Source: Isurus oxyrinchus
Lineage: Eukaryota
DNA: 64,000 nt
Assembly (NCBI GenBank): GCA_026770705.1
Contig: JANJGN010000056.1
Coordinates: forward strand, 496,001-560,000
Direction of reading: 5' to 3'
The position numbers and the translations under genes are program-made. Below, one piece after another: positions 12,030-24,640 of the stretch (positions are counted from its first letter, which is position 1; each line of letters begins with the position of its first letter). Under the pieces are notes generated by a model. That model searched no databases and was not told the origin of the DNA. It was given only the letters and a program-made list of their open reading frames with translations.

Positions 12030-15000
12030 ATTATTGATTAAGGGGGTTTTGGCGTCAATCACTCGCACAGCATTTATTGCCCAGACGTAGGTACCCTTGA
12101 GAATATGGTGGTGAGCTCCCTTCTTGAATCGCAGCCATAGTGCTCTTAGGGAGGGAGTTCCTGGAATTTGACACAATTACAATGATGGAACAGGGATATC
12201 TTCTCAAACAGACTGGTGAGTAGCTTGGAGGGGAACATCCAAATCGTTGAGCACCCATGAATCTACTGCCCATTATTCTTCTAGATGCTCCGGTCGTGGG
12301 TTTGGACTGTAATGTCAAAGGTGACTTCGGAAATTCAGGCAGTGGCACCTTTCAGATAGTACACACTGCTGCTATTTTTCGTCGGTTGTGGAGGGAGTCA
12401 TCGTTTATTGATGTGGTGTCAATCTACGACTGATTTGTCCCAGATGCTGTCGTGCTTCTTGGCTGTTTTGGAGTTGCACACACCCAAGCAAGTGGGGAGT
12501 ATATCATCACAGTACTATCGTCTGGCTTGTAGATGGTGGAATGGAATTGGGGAGTCGCCGCAGGATTCCATGCCTCTGAACTGCAATTGTGGACGTTCTG
12601 TTTATATGGCCAATCCAGTTCTGTTTCTGGTCAATGATAAGCATTACAATGCTGATAGTGCGACTTTCAGCGATGGTAATGCCATTGAATGTTGGCTGTC
12701 GATGGTTTGATTTTCTCTTTGGAGATATTCATTGCCTGGTACTTGTATGGTGTCAATGTCCTTTGCCACTCCTCAGCCAAAGTCTGAACATGCTGCATTT
12801 GGCCATGGACAACCTCATGATTTCAGGAGTCACGAATTGTGTTGAGCATTGTGTAATCATCAGCGAACATCCACAATTCCGACCTTAAGATGGAGAGAAG
12901 GTCATTGATGATGGAGCTAAACATCGTTGAGCCTTGGACATTACCCTGAGGAACTGATGTTCTCTCAGGAACTAAAAGGACTAGGAGCTGAGCAATCGAG
13001 ATGTACATTTAGAAAGTGTACATGGCGAAAAGCCAGAGCTAACATTTAGAAAAGAGTGGTAGCTGAGCCGGCGGTGTGGGCATTTAGTAATTCGGGCCCT
13101 AAGCAGCCAGTGTGAAGATATCAGAAACACTGTAGCTGCTGGAAAAGACGGATCACGTATGCTTTTCTGTAAGAACAGTTAAAGATTGACAATAATTGTT
13201 TTTCTTGCCAACTATGCCCCTCATGCCATGACCGAACTTGTCGTGTTTTTAATGTTCATTTGTTCAAGGAAAGCGGTTCTAGTTTTCTATTTAATGCAAC
13301 GTTAATTGGCAGTTGTTCTGGACAATCATTTTCCCGGGTGATTAGGGTGGTTAATTAGGAATCGTCAAGACAATTTTGGATTAATATCTGAGAAAAGCGA
13401 ATCACCCACATAACAGGGAGAAGCCGGCGGAGTGACTGCCGGCTGCATCTTCCTTAAGTGAGACAATAAGGAAAGGAGGGGCCAAATGCTCTGCTTCTGT
13501 GCTGTAGACCTTCTATGGTTGCATTCTACGAACGGCTTTTAAGTTAAGTAAATGATAAGAATATGCGACGAGAAGAATTACATTACAATTTTTTGCATTC
13601 AATATGCGTAGGTATACAGGAAAGGAAATTAATGGTAGGGCCATGTGTGATCAGACGTTTCTTGGCTGGGAATTTGTGCAGATACCTGGCTGAAGCATCA
13701 CTCGCTACATTGATGAGTGGATTTCAAGTCATACATATGAAAATTTTCGAGAATTATGATAACAGCCATTTGGTGGCTGTGCGTATGTGAAAGGACCGGA
13801 TAACATGAAACAGAGAGTGTCGTGAATGAGCATGTGGAGAGGAAGTAGCCTCATTAATCGTGAAAAAACAAGTATGAGCCATTTGCGTATTCAAATGAAT
13901 CGGAGGGAAATCGGATTTAAATGTACAGAATCCAATATATGGAGTCGACTCGCAGTCCGATAAATCATGGTAATGACTGATCAGATGCGCCACTGCCCGT
14001 CCTTTCACAAAACACGTGATGACCAGGCCTTCCTTGTTTTAATCATGTGCGGAAAATGGAAATCTGAGAAGCAGCTCATTGCGCAACTGTTCGATATTTG
14101 AAAGGTGCCAGACTTCGTGAAACATGTTCTGAAAAATCCCCCTATGTACTAATTGCCCCAGAATAGACGTCGTAGGAAATTTGCCAAGTTTGTCTATGTT
14201 ACATTTGTCGAGTTGTCATGATCCAGCTGGTGATGTTTGGGTCTTCTCTTGCTGATCAGAACAACTGTTCCAATGAACACAAGGCTGTCAAAACCTGGCA
14301 TCACAATTCATTTTTTCAAACTCTGCAACGCTAACAGGAGCTGTTCAGTATTATTATTATTCTTATTTATTATTATTATCACAACTTACAATTCACCACT
14401 GATTACTGTATACTGTGAATAATAGTTCACTATATTATAACAGAGCATGTTAAGTAGGAAACCTTTTTTAGTAGGATATTAAACGTTGTTACAAGCGTTA
14501 TTCTAACATGAGTTATGAGGGCATAATGTTTATGTCCGCCTGTACAGGTCAATGGGTTATCCACTGTAATTTGCATAGTTTTGCGCTCAGTTTCACAAGG
14601 TACTGCATTCCACTCTTCAGCTCCTCCCTAAACCTAGCCTGCGTCAGCGCATAAATGAATGCATTTGTGCAGCAACTGAGGTCCCCTAGCATGAATCCAA
14701 CTGACCTAAGCTCATTTGCCTCAGAATTTGACGTGATTGTTACATGCAGAGAGATAATATATATAACAGGTGTTGTCCAGAGCAATATATAGCTGCCGGT
14801 AATACTGAACAGTAAAATAATGGACTTTCTTCGGCTTTTTATTTCAGAGTCCTTGTGATGTTCTCCATTACTGCAACTATGGAGACCCCTGCGAACTTTA
14901 CTGGCTGCCAAAATACGCCTAGCTGTCAAAACATTTAGCAACAAGATTAGAATGAATGGAACACATGGGGTCAAGGTAAGGGTAATAAATTCAAGTGCGG

Positions 15001-15046
15001 CCCACTCAGCAGAAATGAAAAATGTATGTTTTAGGACACAATCGCT
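12030..15046 (-). repeat. Inverted partial duplicate (unit C): GPCR 3' half, 3' flank and downstream LINE
   Basis: The reverse complement aligns with about 35990-39070, including non-coding flank and the same LINE junction (about 12970 vs 38080). Confidence 0.8.
14549..15046 (-). pseudogene. 5'-truncated inverted GPCR copy C (ECL2 to C-terminus only)
   Basis: The minus strand reads SDCVLKHTFFISAEWAALEFITLTLTPCVPF...CCTNAFIYALTQARFREEL...WITH*. Homology stops at about 15045, with an in-frame TGA at 15053-15055. No TM1-4 or exon 1 was found upstream. Confidence 0.88.
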
Positions 15047-15759
15047 TGTGTCTCAATAACAACATCTGTGATTTGAAGGTGAAGCTTAAAATTGATTTTT
15101 TTTCTGGGTACCAAGTGCATAAAATTGCGAGAAAAGGTTGTCCATGTTGGGCAAAAAGATTTGAGTCTGTAGACTAATCTGTGTTCAGAAAAGTAAAATT
15201 ACGAATTGCCAATTACCTGACGATAAAGATCTAACTCCTAATACACCGATGTTTAAATTAATATCCTCTACAGCTTAATTCACTACAAATTGGCCAGACT
15301 CGTAAAACCCATGACTCTTAGCATTATTTGCTGGGAGCGATTGATTTCCAGGTTTTTGATCCAGTGACAGTAAATGAACGTTGATGTATCTGCAAGTCAG
15401 CTTGATGCGTGACTCAGAAAGGATTTTGTAATTAAGAGTGTTCCCATCACTCTTCTGCTGTTTCCCTTCCACGATTTTGAGGTCAAATGCACAAACGAAG
15501 GAACGTTGCTGACACCTGCCCCATGTCCAATACAGCAGCAATTAAAGCTAACAACACGGCTTAACCTGGTGAATTTCAAGCCCGGGGCTACTTGCAAGCA
15601 AAAAAGCGTATTCAGCATGAGAAAGACAGGGCTCATTGGTCCCCCTACCAAATAACGATAGCTCAGCTCTGAAGTCCTGTCACAATCACCTTTAATGGTG
15701 GTGTAAAATTCTGCACCTCACTTGCTCTCCAGCAATATCCCCATCAGCAATGACTGTGG

Positions 15760-17300
15760 AGCGCAGCACACCAGTGCATATACATGGCAGAAGAATTTGC
15801 ATCCACATTCACCCTGAAGTGACGGGTGCATGAACCATCCGGCCTCCACCTATGGATGACAAGCATCACAGATGCCAGTCTTCATACAATGTGATTCTCA
15901 GCACTCGGATTTCAGGAATGACTGAAGGAACTGGATGATGAAGAGGTTATGGGTCCATTTAGATAATGCAATAGTACGGGAGATCACTGCTCCTGAATCA
16001 GCCTTCCTATCGATGCTGGTATGGTGCATCTAAACCTTTGGCAACTATGCGAAACTTTGAGAATTTTCACAGGTATGCCTATCCACAAATAATCACGACA
16101 AATCCAACCAATCTAAGTACAGCCCCATCAGCCTACATTTAATCAAGATCAATGTGATGAAAAGTATCATAGAAAATGCTTTCAATCGCCAAATACTCGG
16201 CAGCAAACTGTTCACTGACCCTCACTTTTTGCTTCGTGCGAGCTGAACTCCTGGTTCGGACTGCCTCCAAACATGGACACAGGTGCCGTACTTATAAGAT
16301 GAGGGGAGAGTGGATGTGAACTATATCAATGCATCAGTTATCACAATGTGGTATCAAGGAGGTGTATAAGAATTGTGGTCAATAAGAATAAGGGGAAACT
16401 TCCCTACTGAGTGAACTCATACAAAGCAAAAATAATTTATTTTTTCATTTTTATTTTCTTTTGCAGGTGCATCATCTCAGCACCATGACATAACTGGACG
16501 ACAGACTGAGGGCAGTGTCCTGAGCCCACCCATATTTAGCTTCTGAATCAATTATGCTCTCTCCATTTGAAACACAGTAGGACGCTGGTGTGGTGGAGGG
16601 GGTGGGGTGTGGGAAAGTGGGGGGAGGTTATATCCGCTGAGAATTGTTAAAAGTTCCACACCATTCACGACTCAACAGATGCTGATGAAATCTGTGCCCA
16701 TGTGCATCAAGTCCTGGGCAACAGCCAGACCTGTGCTGAAGAATGATCAGTAATATTCGCCCCGCAAAATTGACAAGAAATGTCCATCTGTACCAAATGA
16801 ACATCCAACAAATTAGCCTTGACATTTACTGGCATTACCATCGCTTAAGCCCCCGTTTTCAACATCCTTGGACAAACCATTGACTGGAATCTGTGACTCG
16901 AAGGGCAGGTCAGAATCTGAAAATGTTGTGGTGAGCAACACATCCCCTGACTCTCCAAAAACTTACCTCCATCTAAAATGCACAAATCAGGAATGTGATG
17001 AGATACGCTACAACTGTCTAGATGATGTATGCTCCAGTAGAATTCAAGGATATTGACTTTACCCAGGACAAAGCTGATTGCTTGATTTGCAATCATTCCA
17101 TAAATTTAATGATTCAAGCTGTTTACCCTTAACTGAATAATTCATCTTCCTGCTTTGAAAGTTCATACGAATCATGAGCAAACATCTGAGTGAAATTATC
17201 TTATCCAAAACGAATATATCCACCGAATTAGTCGGTATGCTCAATTCTATTACTGCTTTCCTAAATACCATTTTGCAACACTTCCAGCGTGCACCATTTT
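15760..17300 (+). mobile_element. Decayed CR1/L2-group LINE RT fragment upstream of truncated GPCR copy C
   Basis: Remnants of Y.PISL (about 16115) and QGSVLSP..F (about 16505-16540). Homologous to the 38080-39070 family. Confidence 0.65.
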
Positions 17301-17946
17301 TCATATCCTTCAGTACACGTGGCACTTAAGTGACATCTCATGACATCACGCAACACATGGGCAATGAATGTCCCCTTCTGCTGACCAGCTCCCGTTCACC
17401 TCAGCAGATGAATCAATGATCATCAATGGCCGAAGTTTTAGGGAGAGAGAAGAAAAAAATGCTTTCCATCGGAGACCTTGAAGTCTGTGAGCAAGAGCGG
17501 ATCAATAGCATCAATAATGTCCGAGCTGGCAGAGTCATAAAGATAAATGCTAGATTAGGTCTTTGGGAGGTGGTCAGGGAACCAATCAGGTGCAAACATC
17601 TAAGTGAATTCGCTCCACAAACCTAACCACCACAGGTGCAGCTGTCCATTTAAGAATTGATAGGATAGACCACTGCACGTCCTTGTACAGATGAATTCCG
17701 CCTTCACATTGGGGCTTCTCTCCATCGTATTGTGTGAGACAACCATTGTCCTAAATGGGGTAGGTTTCACCTTGATTAACAAATCAAAAGTGGGCATTCA
17801 CGAGGCATTGTGGACCATTAGCTGCAGCTGATTGGTGCAGAACCATAATTTGTAACCCCAAGACCAGTCTATCCCCAAATCTGCAATTTTCATCTGGACT
17901 GTTTATGGTGATGTTTCTGATGCCAGTCAAGCATTCTACTTCAATA

Positions 17947-20140
17947 TAAAAACAGAAAAACTGCGGATGCTGGGAATCCAAAACAAAAACAAAAACAGAA
18001 TTACCTGGAAAAACTCAGCAGGTCTGGCAGCATCGGCGGAGAAGAAAAGAGTTGACTTTTAGAGTCCTTATGACCCTTTGACAGAACTTGAGTTCGAGTC
18101 CAAGAAAGAGTTGAAATATAAGCTGGTTTAAGGTGTGTGTGTGGGGGGCGGAGAGAGAGAGAGAGAGAGAGGTGGAGTGGGAGTGTGGTTGTATGGACAA
18201 ACAAGCAGTGATAGAAGCAGATCATCAAAAGATGTCAACAACAATAGTACAAAAGAACACATAGGTGTTAAAGTTAAAGATGGTGATATTATCTAAACGA
18301 ATGTGCTAATTAAGAATGGATGGTAGGGCACTCAAGGTATAGCTCTAGTTGGGGTGGGGAGAGCATAAAAGATGTAAAAAAATATATATTCTTTTCATAA
18401 TGGAAACAGCTGGGAAAAGGAAAATCTATATAATTTATTGGAAAAAAAAAGAAAAGGAAGGGGGAAACAGAAAGGGGGTGGGGATGGGGGAGGGAGCTCA
18501 CGACCTAAAGTTGTTGAATTCAATATTCAGTCCGGATGGTAGTAAAGTGCCTAGTCAGAAGATGAGGTGTTTTTCCTCCAGTTTGTGTTGGGCTTCACTG
18601 GAACAATGCAGCAAGCCAAGGAGAGACATGTGGGCAAGAGAGCAGGGTGGAGTGTTAAAATGGCAAGCGACAGGGATGTTTGGGTCATTCTTGTGGAAAG
18701 ACCGCAAGTGTTCTGCAAAGCGGTCGCCCAGTTTACGTTTGGTCTCTCCAATGTAGAGGAGACCACATTGGGAGCAACGGATGCAGTAGACTAAGTTGGG
18801 GGAAATGCAAGTGAAATGCTGCTTCACTTGAAAGGAGGGTTTGGGACCTTGGACAGTGAGAAGAGAGGAAGTGAAGGGGCAGGTGTTGCATCTTCTGCGT
18901 GGGCAAGTGGTGGTGCCATAGGAGGGGGTTGAGGAGTAGGGGGTGATGGAGGAGTGGAACATGGTGTCCCGGAGGAAGCGATCCCTACGGAATGCCGAAA
19001 GGGGGGTGAAGGGAAGATGTGTTTGGCGGTGTCATCATGCTGGAGTTGGCGGAAATGGTGGAGGATGATCCTTTGAATGCGGAGGCTGGTGGGTTGATAA
19101 GTGAGGACAAGGGGGATCCTATCATGTTTCTGGGAGGGAGGAGAAGGCGTGAGTGCAGATGTGCGGGAGATGGGCTGGACATGGTTGAGGGCCCTGTCAA
19201 CGACCGTGGGTGGAAAACCTCGGTTAAGGAAGAAGGAGGACATGTCAGATGAACTGTTTTTGAAGGTAGCATCATCGGAACAGATGCGATGGAGGCGAAG
19301 GAACTGGGAGAATGGGATGGAGTCCTTACAGGAAGCTGGGTGTGAGGAGCTGTAGTCGAGATAGCTGTGGGGTCGGTGGGTTTGTAATGGATATTGGTGG
19401 ACAGCCTATCACCAGAGATTGAGACAGAGAGCTCAAGGAAGGGAAGGGAAGTGAAAGAGATGGACGACGTGAAAATGATGGAGGGGTGGAGATTGGAAGC
19501 AAAATTAATAAATTTTTCCAAGTCCCGACGAGAACATGAAGCGGCACCGAAGTAATCATCGATGTACCAGAAAAAGAGTTGTGGAAGGGGGCCGGAGTAG
19601 GACTGGAACAAGGAATATTCCACATACCCCATAAAGAGACAGGCATAGCTGGGGCCCATGCGGGTACCCATAGCCACACCTTTTATTTGCAGGAAGTGGG
19701 AGGAGTTGAAGGAGAAATTGTTCAGCATGAGAACAAGTTCAGCCAGACGGAGGAGAGTAATGGTGGATGGGGATTGTTCGGGCCTCTGTTCAAGGAAGAA
19801 GCTAAGAGCCCTCAGACCATCCTGGTGGGGGATGGAGGTGTAGAGGGATTGGATGTCCATGGTGAAGAGGAAGCGGTTGGAGCCAGGGAACTGGAAATTG
19901 TTGATGTCACGTAAGGTGTCAGAGGAATCACGGATATAGGTGGGAAGGGACTGGACAAGGTGAGAGAGAAGGGAGTCATGATAACGAGATATGAGTTCTG
20001 TGGGGCAGGAGCAAGCTGAGACGATCGGTCTACCTGGGCAGTTCTGTTTGTGGATTTAGGGTAGGAGATTGAAGCGGGCCATCCGAGGTTGGGCGACTAT
20101 CAGGTTGGAAGCTGTGGGAGGGAGATCCCCAGAGGAGATT
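17947..20140 (-). mobile_element. Penelope-like retroelement, 5'-truncated and disabled (RT + GIY-YIG endonuclease + 3' terminal repeat region)
   Basis: RT motifs LP*IHK..GRPIVS, MDIQSLYTSIP, GVAMGTRMGPSYA and YIDD. Thumb region FLNRGFP..IPLVLTY. GIY-YIG region NLVYCIRCSQCGLLYIGETKRKLGDRFAEH, ending LIF*LGTL.PSGLN at about 18498. It has two frameshifts (about 19370 and 19000) and two stops. Confidence 0.93.
18049..18089 (-). ncRNA. Degenerate minimal type I hammerhead-ribozyme-like motif in the Penelope 3' end
   Basis: The minus strand reads AAGTT-CTGTCAA-A-GGGTC-ATAAG-GACTC-TAAAA-GTC-AACTC. This gives stem I, a CUGANGA-like box, a 5-bp stem II, a GAAA-like box and GUC, but the core is mutated. 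Confidence 0.5.
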
Positions 20141-20899
20141 CATCTGGCACCCAAACCACCAGCAATAAAAACGACCCTCTGCAAAATCGGGGCACATAGC
20201 TGCTCGTCTCTACGATCAACAGGATGCAATACACTGGTGGCTAAAAGCTTGATAGAACATTCCAAACGAGCAATCTTCACGACGGATAAGAACCAGTACG
20301 GCATGTACATTGGGAGAACATATGAAATATGAGCTGGAGAAAGGCATTGGCCTTTCGAGTCTCCTCCACCAATCAAGTGATCTTCTATCTCAAATCGATC
20401 TTCCCGTACTGTGACCATATTCCTAAATTCACTAAATACTCGAAAACACATCCATCTGCGAACGTATTAAATAAATTCAACGTGTTTGTATAATACATGT
20501 CTCGCCGTTCTATCAACTACAAATGAAATTCTGCCTCTCGCTTCCGAAATTTCCAGGGACGGCACCATCACCAGTGAAAAAGAAGACACCGTGAAATATT
20601 GAGATTTGAAGACATGGTGCGGATCTTCCAGGTCAGATGAGTTTCGTCATTCCCGATATGTGTTTATCACTTTCGAATTCGAAACCTGCTGTAATGGATG
20701 CTCATTTGCCATTATTTTTTAGAACGGATTAAATAGAAACAATATTCAATGATGGTGTCTCACTATTAGCACAATGGCTTAGCAATATGTGCCTGCAAAA
20801 TTCAATGAAGGACAATGTGTTTTTCAGTCATCTTCATTAATCGATATGTTGTCAAAATACTATGTATATATTTATAGGAAACTACTTATTCAGAAGTTT

Positions 20900-21700
20900 T
20901 TCCCTCTCTCTGGACAAGAGCCACACAGGCTCACAGTTCAAAGTCACATCAGTTGTTTTATTGCAATTCATAGATTTCTCATGACACACGATGTTAATAT
21001 GCAGGTACAGCAAGGCAAATAGAATTCTGCACTTTGTTAATTGCAAAGAAAATTGATTATTGAAGTAGTGATGTCTTACTGCAGTTGTGTAGAACGTTGC
21101 CGATATCACATCTAATGTACTGTGCACAGTTTTGGTCTCCAAATTTAAGAAAGGATATCAACTAATTAGAATCAGTTGATATAACATTCAGTCTGCAGAT
21201 GCTTGTGATGCTGGGTTGGTGGAGGGTTTTGGTGGTTTGGGTGTTAACTTACTCAGAAACTTTGTCAACATTTGTTGATTGGAGTCTGGAAAATGAGAGG
21301 TGCTTTGAAATAGGTTAGATCCTGAGGCATCGTCCGTATTTGATGCAAAGAGAAAGTTTCCCTTGTCGTGGAGTTTGGAGCAAAGGGAGAACAGTTTTCA
21401 AGTTGTGGGTCTCCCGCTGAAAGGGAGGTGGAAGCGATTTTTTTAAGTCATTGTGTTCAAGGGCTTTGGAACTCTCTTCCCGCAAGTGCTGTGTAGGGAG
21501 GCTGATTGGATATCTATTCCGGCAGAGACAGATATTCTCTTGCGTCCCAAGGGTATCAAATGTTATTGGAGGTGGAGGGAATGTGGAATTGCGTCCACAA
21601 TCATATGAACCATAATGTTATTGAATGGCGGGGCTGGCTCGAAGAGCCGGTTTCTCTACTTCGACTCTAAATTCGTATTTATATGTTTCCATTACCCTGT
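20900..21700 (+). mobile_element. CR1 LINE 3' fragment at the start of duplication unit A (paralog 47833-48480)
   Basis: Remnants of Y.AQFWSP.LRKD and a 3' tail TTGAATGGCGGGGCTGGCTCGAAGAGCC. Confidence 0.75.
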
Positions 21701-22694
21701 GCAGCTTAATCTCCTTTTGAAAGAGGAAATCACTTGCTCTTTCAATCCACCATTACTTCAGTTTCCCCTCGTCCCTAAACCATGTCCTCCTGTTCCAACA
21801 GTGCATCTGCCTCAATGTCTTGAAAGCAGTGTTCATTGCCTTCCCCCAGTTTCGATCTCTCACAGGCTCGACCTCCAGCTTCCACATCGAACTCCTTCCG
21901 GAAACTGAAGCTCCCAGCCGTGGCTCTCAGGCTGTTCCCGTTTTCTAAAGCCCACTGTTGATCCTTGTGACGCATAGGAACAAACGACCTGCACCTCCGA
22001 CTGCCTTGTTGCAAACAAATACTGAGTGTACAACTAAGTCTCATTTTCATCCATATATTCGCTTTCACTTGAATGCGTTTATTGAACACAGCTCCCTCAC
22101 TTAGAACTTTCTGTGGATTGTGCGCAAAGATTGTTCACTTTATGTTTGTGATTGTCCGAGCAGTTTTTGATAATGGGATTTAGATACATTTTTGTGACTG
22201 AATGTGTTGCCCAGGCCAATTATCAGTTTATATGTTAAATGCCGCAAAGAACGGAGGGTTTTAGGACATTTCAAGGCAAACTGTTCCCTTGGCTCCACGT
22301 CTGGTGAAACACTTCTGTTTCTTCCTCTTTATTCTCTCTTCCAGGTAACTTGGTGACGTTTTTGTTCCTGTCGCGAGGAAACTATTGCATCTCTAATGTA
22401 TCATTTGCTACCTGGAGCGAATGTCAGGGTCCGAATTCTAGGCCGTTATCTCTGATCCCATATTAAAGAGGATTTGTCAGGAGAGATTTCCAGTTCTATG
22501 CGAGCACAATACTCGCATGTGGAAATTCATTTCGTTACTGTTCTTTTTTTCAAATTATCACAAAAAACTCTTTCTGCCTCACAGTTGAAATTACCCACTA
22601 TCCTTCTGTGGCTATTTGTTGCATGAAGCAAATGTCTTACACCCCATCATGTTCATAGCTACAGAAGTATATTCTTATCTAATAATATTGCTTT

Positions 22695-22890
22695 TTATCT
22701 ATCTATATATCTATCAATGTACGTATCTATCTTGCTCTTTCACACACTCACTCTCTTTCTAGCACACACTGTCTTGTTCTCTCTCTCTCGCATGTTATCT
22801 CTCTCTTCCTATCACTCTTTCCACATGTCAATCTCTGTCCACTTATCTCTCTGTCTATCTGGCTATCAGTTTGTCTATTGAACTATCTTG
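22695..22890. repeat. Degenerate (TCTA)n/(CT)n/(CA)n microsatellite patch
   Basis: Visible low-complexity runs. Confidence 0.7.
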
Positions 22891-23259
22891 ATGATTGATT
22901 CCCCCGGCGCTTCGACAGGTGTGCACTCAAAAAAAATCAAGGTGATATCATTTGTGAAGTTATACCAAGTCTAAACTGGACAATCGATTACCATGTTTTG
23001 TTTACAACGTCCGTTCAGGCGGGATAAATTAACTTTGCCCGCCTTTCCTTGTCTTTAACACACTTGAACCTGTTCTCCACAAATGTAGAAATCACTGAAT
23101 GAATTTTCAATTTGGGGTTGCCAAAGGTTTTTTTTATGTTCACAATTATATTTTAAAATACATATTTTCATGAGGTGGGGTTGTGTATAAATGGGCCAGA
23201 AGATACTGCTCTTTCCAAGTTGCCTTTGAGAAGGTTGTCAGTGGCCGTTCCTTGTAATC

Positions 23260-24640
23260 CAGCTCCTTCAGGCTCATGGAGAATTCAGATGACTGAGAAG
23301 CCCAATTCTGGACCTATATGTTCATCCGCCGTAGGGCTCGCTTTTGGCCCATTTTGGGTTTCTTCTGCTCCTGTGCCTCTGCCCTTCCAATTCTCTGTCG
23401 AGTCGCTGAGCTGCAAACTGGTTTTAGCCTTGCTGGACCAGATGGTGCCAGGCCGAGAGATCGGCAGCATTCTCAACCTGCTCACTGGTGTTAATGCCTC
23501 CGTGCTTTACGGCGACATTGAGCGTGCACTGCTAACTTTATATTTGTTCGCCCTTTGGTCAAGGAATGCTCAGTGGCAGATGCAGCTGCCAGTAGGTACC
23601 CCTTTCCTGAAACATGTGTCCGGCGACCGCCATACATCTGCCGCATTTATACAGAATTTTAGCTGGTATCAAAGGTATCCAGATATCACAGCCTTGCACC
23701 TGTCGACAATCCTCCATCCGCACAGTGTCTGTCGCCTGAAGGAGGCCTGTGCACCGTGTAGTTTAGCATCAGGATTCCAGTGTGCCGGGCGGACTGTTCA
23801 TATGGTGCAGGTGAGCCACAGGGCTGTTAGCAAGGGAGTATTATGACCCCATTCACTGTGACGCAGCTTCCAATCTCTGGGTTTGGCTTTTAGATTTGAG
23901 ACAACCTGTCGTGCAGCTTCCCGTGTTAACCTATTGAGGCCTGTGGAATGTTGGCATTCTCCACATGAGTCCAATGGTGTTGCAAATAAAAAAACACAAT
24001 AAAAAAAAACACCGTTTGATAGGCTTTGATCTTCCATCTGAGGGAAGCTCCATGTTTTTCTTCCAGAAGTCAGTGAGTGCAGCCTGACCAATGCCGAACT
24101 CATTTATGTCAGGTGATTTTTTATTTGCTCATTGTTAGTTCTCTTGGAGAGCATGCTGCCGAGTTAGCAAACTTCCTCACAGAACAGAGGGGTGTTTTGT
24201 TCAGAGCAGCTGTGGCTTCTTGGATCAAGTGACCAGCGGTGATTTGATACAGTTTCTCTATCTGCAGATATACTGTTAATCGAAAGTGTTCTGAGTCAGC
24301 ACGCAGCTGGATGTCTCCGTATTCTGCCCTATGAAAGCACAGTGGTCCACGAATAAGACTTCACTCAGTCGCTGTTCAGTCACCTATGTACAAGGTTTTG
24401 CTCTTGGCTCTTTGCAAACGTTGGCGTTTGTCCTGAAATGAAAATGCAAACCCATGTCAAGCTCTTCGAGTGGAGAATGGCTTCCAAGTATATGACAAAC
24501 AGAGCTGAAGCCATGAACAGCGTCTTACTTAGCGCCGCAGGTCACTTGAAAGGGGTCCACACTGACGAACCACTTTGCATCACTCTGTTTATCAGGTCAT
24601 CATCAAAAGCACAAATGACACAGATCCTCTTTTTCATCTT
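23260..24640 (-). mobile_element. Decayed RTE-clade LINE (paralog about 48490-49560)
   Basis: Minus-strand remnants of DPFQVT.G.K.G..MA..LF (about 24500-24600) and C-terminal YRSRIGLLSHL (about 23285-23320). The paralog reads SIDNMVI...SHVVHMENVDIPKAAL. Confidence 0.65.

Noticed and set aside
17340-17946. Possible L1/Tx1-like remnant interrupted by the Penelope element (with 20140-20700)
   Set aside because: No convincing endonuclease or ORF1 motif could be read, so it was left unannotated.
18985-19860. RT ORF as a retron, DGR, group II intron or telomerase-like gene
   Set aside because: The motifs and the downstream GIY-YIG domain identify a Penelope-like element in eukaryotic DNA.
23175-23846. 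223-aa plus-strand ORF
   Set aside because: It is antisense to a decayed RTE LINE, has no recognisable domain, and is largely absent from the paralogous unit.
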